DNA from: Amphiscolops sp. MND2022
Lineage: Eukaryota
NCBI GenBank assembly: GCA_964187785.1
Contig: OZ076409.1
Span: forward strand, 54,250,001 to 54,314,000
Reading direction: 5' to 3'
DNA length: 64,000 bases
Shown here in pieces: positions 62,187-64,000 of the stretch. The notes under the pieces are model-generated. The model saw only the letters and a list, made by a program, of their open reading frames with translations. It made no database searches and was not told the DNA's origin. Each line of letters opens with the position of its first letter. Position 1 is the first letter of the stretch. Made by a program: the position numbers and the translations under genes.

Positions 62187-63979
62187 TGTCGCAGGCTGCC
62201 GCTTGTGACGGCACTAAGATAACTACATCGGCATGTGGACAAGACGTAGCACCTGGTACGGTACCCATCTACTGGAAACTAAAACTCCATGAACTTTTAT
62301 GTTGCTTTCATATTTAGACACAATACTTTTGTAAATTAAACGGATAGAAGGCCTTATCGGGAACTGTTCCCACATTTCAATGTTACGACAAACATTTCGT
62401 AGAAGTAAATCCTGAGTTATTTAGATTTCCTAGTTTAATTGTTTGGTATTAGTCTGTTAACATGAATCTGCTATTCAATGTGCTGTAACAATAAAGTCAA
62501 TGCTAAGCTAAACGAAATTAACTGCAAAGCGGTACGGAAACGAGTTCGAGTGAGTTTCCGTACTTTTGCTGCAATGTCACTTGCTTATACATTCTAGCCA
62601 ATCAGAGGCTTGCATCGTTGTGCTGTATTCTAACTATTTGCCGGTTACGGCCACTTGACTAGAGATTAAAGGACCACTAGTGCTGTTTAGGCAAATAGCC
62701 GAGTCCGGCCAATTAAGGTGTTATGCTTACAAAATACTGCGAGTTAGTACTACCAACAAGTGAAGTGAATGATTTCAGTCTGATGGCTTTATTGTATGAG
62801 AAAGACTATTACTGATGCTTTGAAGTGATAATTGTTGGATCATTATATTAACACCAAATAACCGTCTCCGGTCCTATTCCGGCCTTTGATTGATACATTA
62901 AATTGAGTACACCGGCCTTAGTAGGCCTATTTAGTAATTTTACCACTCATGTAAATTGTTCCATTCACATCTTATTTATTATCTCACGTGCCATCTCGTG
63001 TTAAATGCAATTGTCACGTGCCTAGGATATGTGCACTTAAGCAAGCAATGTGATGATGAGTTGCTGTTTATGGAATGTTAATCAGGAATGTTGAATATTT
63101 TACCGGTTGAGTGTTTCGTTTAAGTTGATGCTTTGAAGTGATGAATATTTTGTTCGCCGTAATGGTGACGTTCACCTCGTGACCCGTCAGGGCCACGACC
63201 ATATGATGTTTTCTTGATAAAAAATCTGAGGAATGTGAGTGTCACTTTCTCAGGGGTATATATACCCGTGCCCCTGCAGGAGAGGTCACTAATTTTCCAG
63301 TGGCTACTTTGATGAAGATTGATTTGATAAAAACAGTTCTCTTAGTTTTCCGATTCTATAAATAATTCAATACTTATACTCGGACATTCTCCAATGCCAA
63401 CCTCCAGAAAACAAAAGAAGACTAGAAAGTCCAAAGGACTTGAAATGTTATCAGACATTGAAAAACTAGTTATAATGCTAAGTGAAAATCATATCAATGA
63501 GACTGAAAGGGAAGAGAGTTTAGATAGTACTTCCATGAGGAGACGTGAGGGTGTTGCAAGCAACGACCTTGAAAATGAAGGCGAAAGTTCATATTCTGAT
63601 CATAGGAATGCTAACGTCAGGACAAATGCCCATTACGGCCAAAACTCAGCCGATATGAGTTCTCAAGCTGAAATCAATAGGCTGTCAAGTGAACTGAACT
63701 CTAGAATATCTAGACAGATGGACGAGATGATGAACAACGTCAGCTCTCAGATCCAAAGAGCCATAAATGACGCTATAAGTAATCAAGTCCTACCCCAAAT
63801 TCAAAATGTCATCATGGCCTGATCAAGACGGGTGACTAGAAAAGGATGGGACGTTCCGGCCGAGAGACCGGAAATCAATCCCGAGGTTCAGCGGAATCTG
63901 AATGCGAGAAACAATTTAAGAAATGAACAAGACGTTGGTCACCAAAATGGTGATTTATCTAGTCATAATGTTCATGACA
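62187..63979 (+). mobile_element. Long solo LTR (C, 1793 bp) with ORF running to its 3' end
   Basis: It starts TGTCGCAGGC and ends TTCATGACA, with a perfect 5-bp TSD TTATG (62182-62186, 63980-63984). The ORF MPTSRKQKKTRKSK... starts at 63394, has one stop at 63820, and then stays open to the terminal A. Confidence 0.92.
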
Positions 63980-64000
63980 TTATGAAAAGAACCTTTATCA

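Overview
This is AT-rich eukaryotic (animal) genomic DNA made almost entirely of nested, decayed transposable elements, with one 200-N assembly gap (48269-48468). I found no rRNA, tRNA, CRISPR or operon-like features. The repeat families resemble what I recall from acoel flatworm genomes, but that host guess is unverified inference. From left to right the window contains: (1) a dead Helitron Rep region whose HUH/Y2 core is tandemly triplicated (3 x 1316 bp); (2) a decayed OTU-like module; (3) a phase 0/0 exon encoding half of an extended PHD finger; (4) LINE, MITE and short-repeat nests; (5) a near full-length CR1/L2-type LINE; (6) an internally deleted Copia element; (7) a hAT transposon; (8) an RTE-type LINE flanked by 157-bp direct repeats, with a ~200-aa insert inside its endonuclease; (9) more LINE and Gypsy remnants; (10) the 3' end of an LTR element carrying an antisense ORF; (11) a FLYWCH-MULE transposon and a MULE-type MITE; (12) two spliceable exons of an unknown host gene. 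The most striking recurring pattern is three long TG...CA solo LTRs, each with a perfect 5-bp TSD, plus a fourth related 3' LTR. In the three solo LTRs a ~135-195-codon reading frame (broken by late stops or an insertion) runs to the LTR end, and the terminal A is always at codon position 1.
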